Origin: a virus
IMG/VR virus record: IMGVR_UViG_3300020026_000012
Span: 1-6,307 of that record
Length of the DNA: 6,307 bases
Direction: 5' to 3' (one strand)
In this document: piece after piece, positions 5,351-6,307 of the stretch
Layout of the letters: each line of letters starts with the position of its first letter
Position numbering within the stretch: the first letter of the stretch is position 1
Program-made: the position numbers and the translations under genes
The notes under the pieces: model-generated
What the model saw: the letters and a program-made list of their open reading frames with translations, nothing else
Database searches by the model: none
What the model was told of the DNA's origin: nothing

Positions 5351-6307
5351 TTATTCTTGTGAAAGAATACCTAACGAATCATTAACCTCTTTGTGTTTAA
5401 CCTTATCCCGACATTTCTTCAATGCCGCAGCGATCAAACGACGAACAAGAGGTAATTCATTATAAGGAACTTCTTCATCAAGAACAGATTTATCATAACG
5501 GAAAGAATAGTTACGAAGTTCAAAATCAACCAAGTCTTTATCATTGGCATCCTCCAAAGTCTGATAAAAATCAACAAGACGATTATACTCGTAACGATTC
5601 CAAAAATCAACTATTTTAACGGAAAGAATATGCAAAAAGTCTATTTGTCCAGGGAATGTTCCTCCGAAAAAGCAGCAGGGAAAGAAGTATCTCGGGTCTC
5701 CGTCTGATGAATAGACTCGAATAAATTTCTTAATTCCAAGGAAAAAGCGGTAGACACGGGAGATACGATGAACAGGTTCCAAATCAACACCATCGTACAA
5801 ACGACATTCAGACAAAATAAGAATATCACTATGCGGTAGAGCCGCTTTAGGTGAAAGAATATTTCTTTCATCATTTCTTTTTTCATAATTATCGACATAA
5901 TCTAAATATTGTCTACAAAAAGATAAAAGGGATTGTTTAGAATCAGCACTAAAAGGACTACAATCTAAATCAGCGCATCCGCCACGAACGACTCTCCCGG
6001 GCGCTGTGAACGCAGCAGATAATAACTGGTAAACACGCGATGGAAATTTACGAATAGGCTCTGAAAATCTCGGGAATAATCGAAGGAGATACGGCCAAGA
6101 AGGTTTAATTGTGAAAAAATATCCATTGCGCTCAACGCGGACTCCATTAAGGCACTCATCGGCAACCTTATCAACTTCGGCAATTTGTACCTTTCGAGGA
6201 AAGAGATTTGATTCTGTAAATCCAATGGAATGGAAGGATTTAGGTCGCACCACTTTTGGCATTTGAGTATAAAAGTCGGGTAAAGCGACAAAACTATTAA
6301 CATACGA
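5351..6307 (-). CDS. VP4: Rep/VP4, C-terminal 318 codons plus stop. The ORF is open to the right window edge, and 6196..6307 duplicates 1..112.
   Basis: The reading frame is open from 6307 down to the TAA at 5353..5351. The 303-aa ORF in the track (ATG at 6262) is only the stretch from an internal Met (M262) of the 564-aa Rep. I recognise no motifs in this half. Confidence 0.85.
   Translation of the reverse strand, partial: SYVNSFVALPDFYTQMPKVVRPKSFHSIGFTESNLFPRKVQIAEVDKVADECLNGVRVERNGYFFTIKPSWPYLLRLFPRFSEPIRKFPSRVYQLLSAAFTAPGRVVRGGCADLDCSPFSADSKQSLLSFCRQYLDYVDNYEKRNDERNILSPKAALPHSDILILSECRLYDGVDLEPVHRISRVYRFFLGIKKFIRVYSSDGDPRYFFPCCFFGGTFPGQIDFLHILSVKIVDFWNRYEYNRLVDFYQTLEDANDKDLVDFELRNYSFRYDKSVLDEEVPYNELPLVRRLIAAALKKCRDKVKHKEVNDSLGILSQE
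6196..6307. repeat. Terminal redundancy, right copy (identical to 1..112)
   Basis: Same comparison as for the left copy. The repeat lies inside the Rep coding sequence, so it comes from linearising a circle and is not a biological repeat. Confidence 0.97.

Noticed and set aside
5351-6262. The 303-aa ORF listed in the track, read as a stand-alone hypothetical gene
   Set aside because: The frame stays open upstream to the window edge. Through the 112-nt circular overlap it continues into 1..850, so this ORF is the C-terminal half of the 564-aa Rep.
1-6307. Stop-codon reassignment (TAG or TGA recoding), considered as the reason Rep was missing from the ORF track
   Set aside because: Rep, VP1, VP2 and the other ORFs are all uninterrupted under the standard code. 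TAG (VP1, VP2), TAA (Rep, VP3-like, TM peptide) and TGA (peptidase, Cys-pair ORF) all serve as terminators at sensible gene ends.

Overview
The window is one complete, circularly permuted genome of a small ssDNA phage of the family Microviridae. It looks non-phiX, Alpavirinae/gokusho-like. Bases 1..112 are identical to 6196..6307, so the unit circle is 6195 bp and the window overruns it by 112 nt. All credible genes are on the minus strand. In gene-sense order they are: Rep/VP4 (564 aa, split by the window ends: 850..1 joined to 6195..5351), major capsid VP1 (3470..5317), an acidic scaffold-like protein (2973..3455), pilot/minor capsid VP2 (1903..2973), a rho-independent terminator (1833..1867), a ~290-nt hairpin-dense non-coding module (about 1546..1832), a ~17% GC spacer with a Bacteroidetes-type promoter match (1472..1504), then three small genes (57-aa CxxC..CxxC protein, 29-aa single-TM peptide, 102-aa M15-family peptidase) running straight into Rep through an ATGA overlap. 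No start codon has a Shine-Dalgarno sequence upstream. Together with the promoter motif, this points to a Bacteroidetes host (inference). The stretches I would look at again are the structured non-coding module, which is unusually large for such a compact genome, and the TM-peptide + M15 peptidase pair. These two ORFs are in the same frame, separated by a 4x tandem hexamer that supplies four in-frame TAA stops. They resemble a holin/endolysin-type lysis cassette, which is not the canonical microvirus lysis strategy. No tRNA, rRNA, CRISPR array, transposase or integrase is visible.
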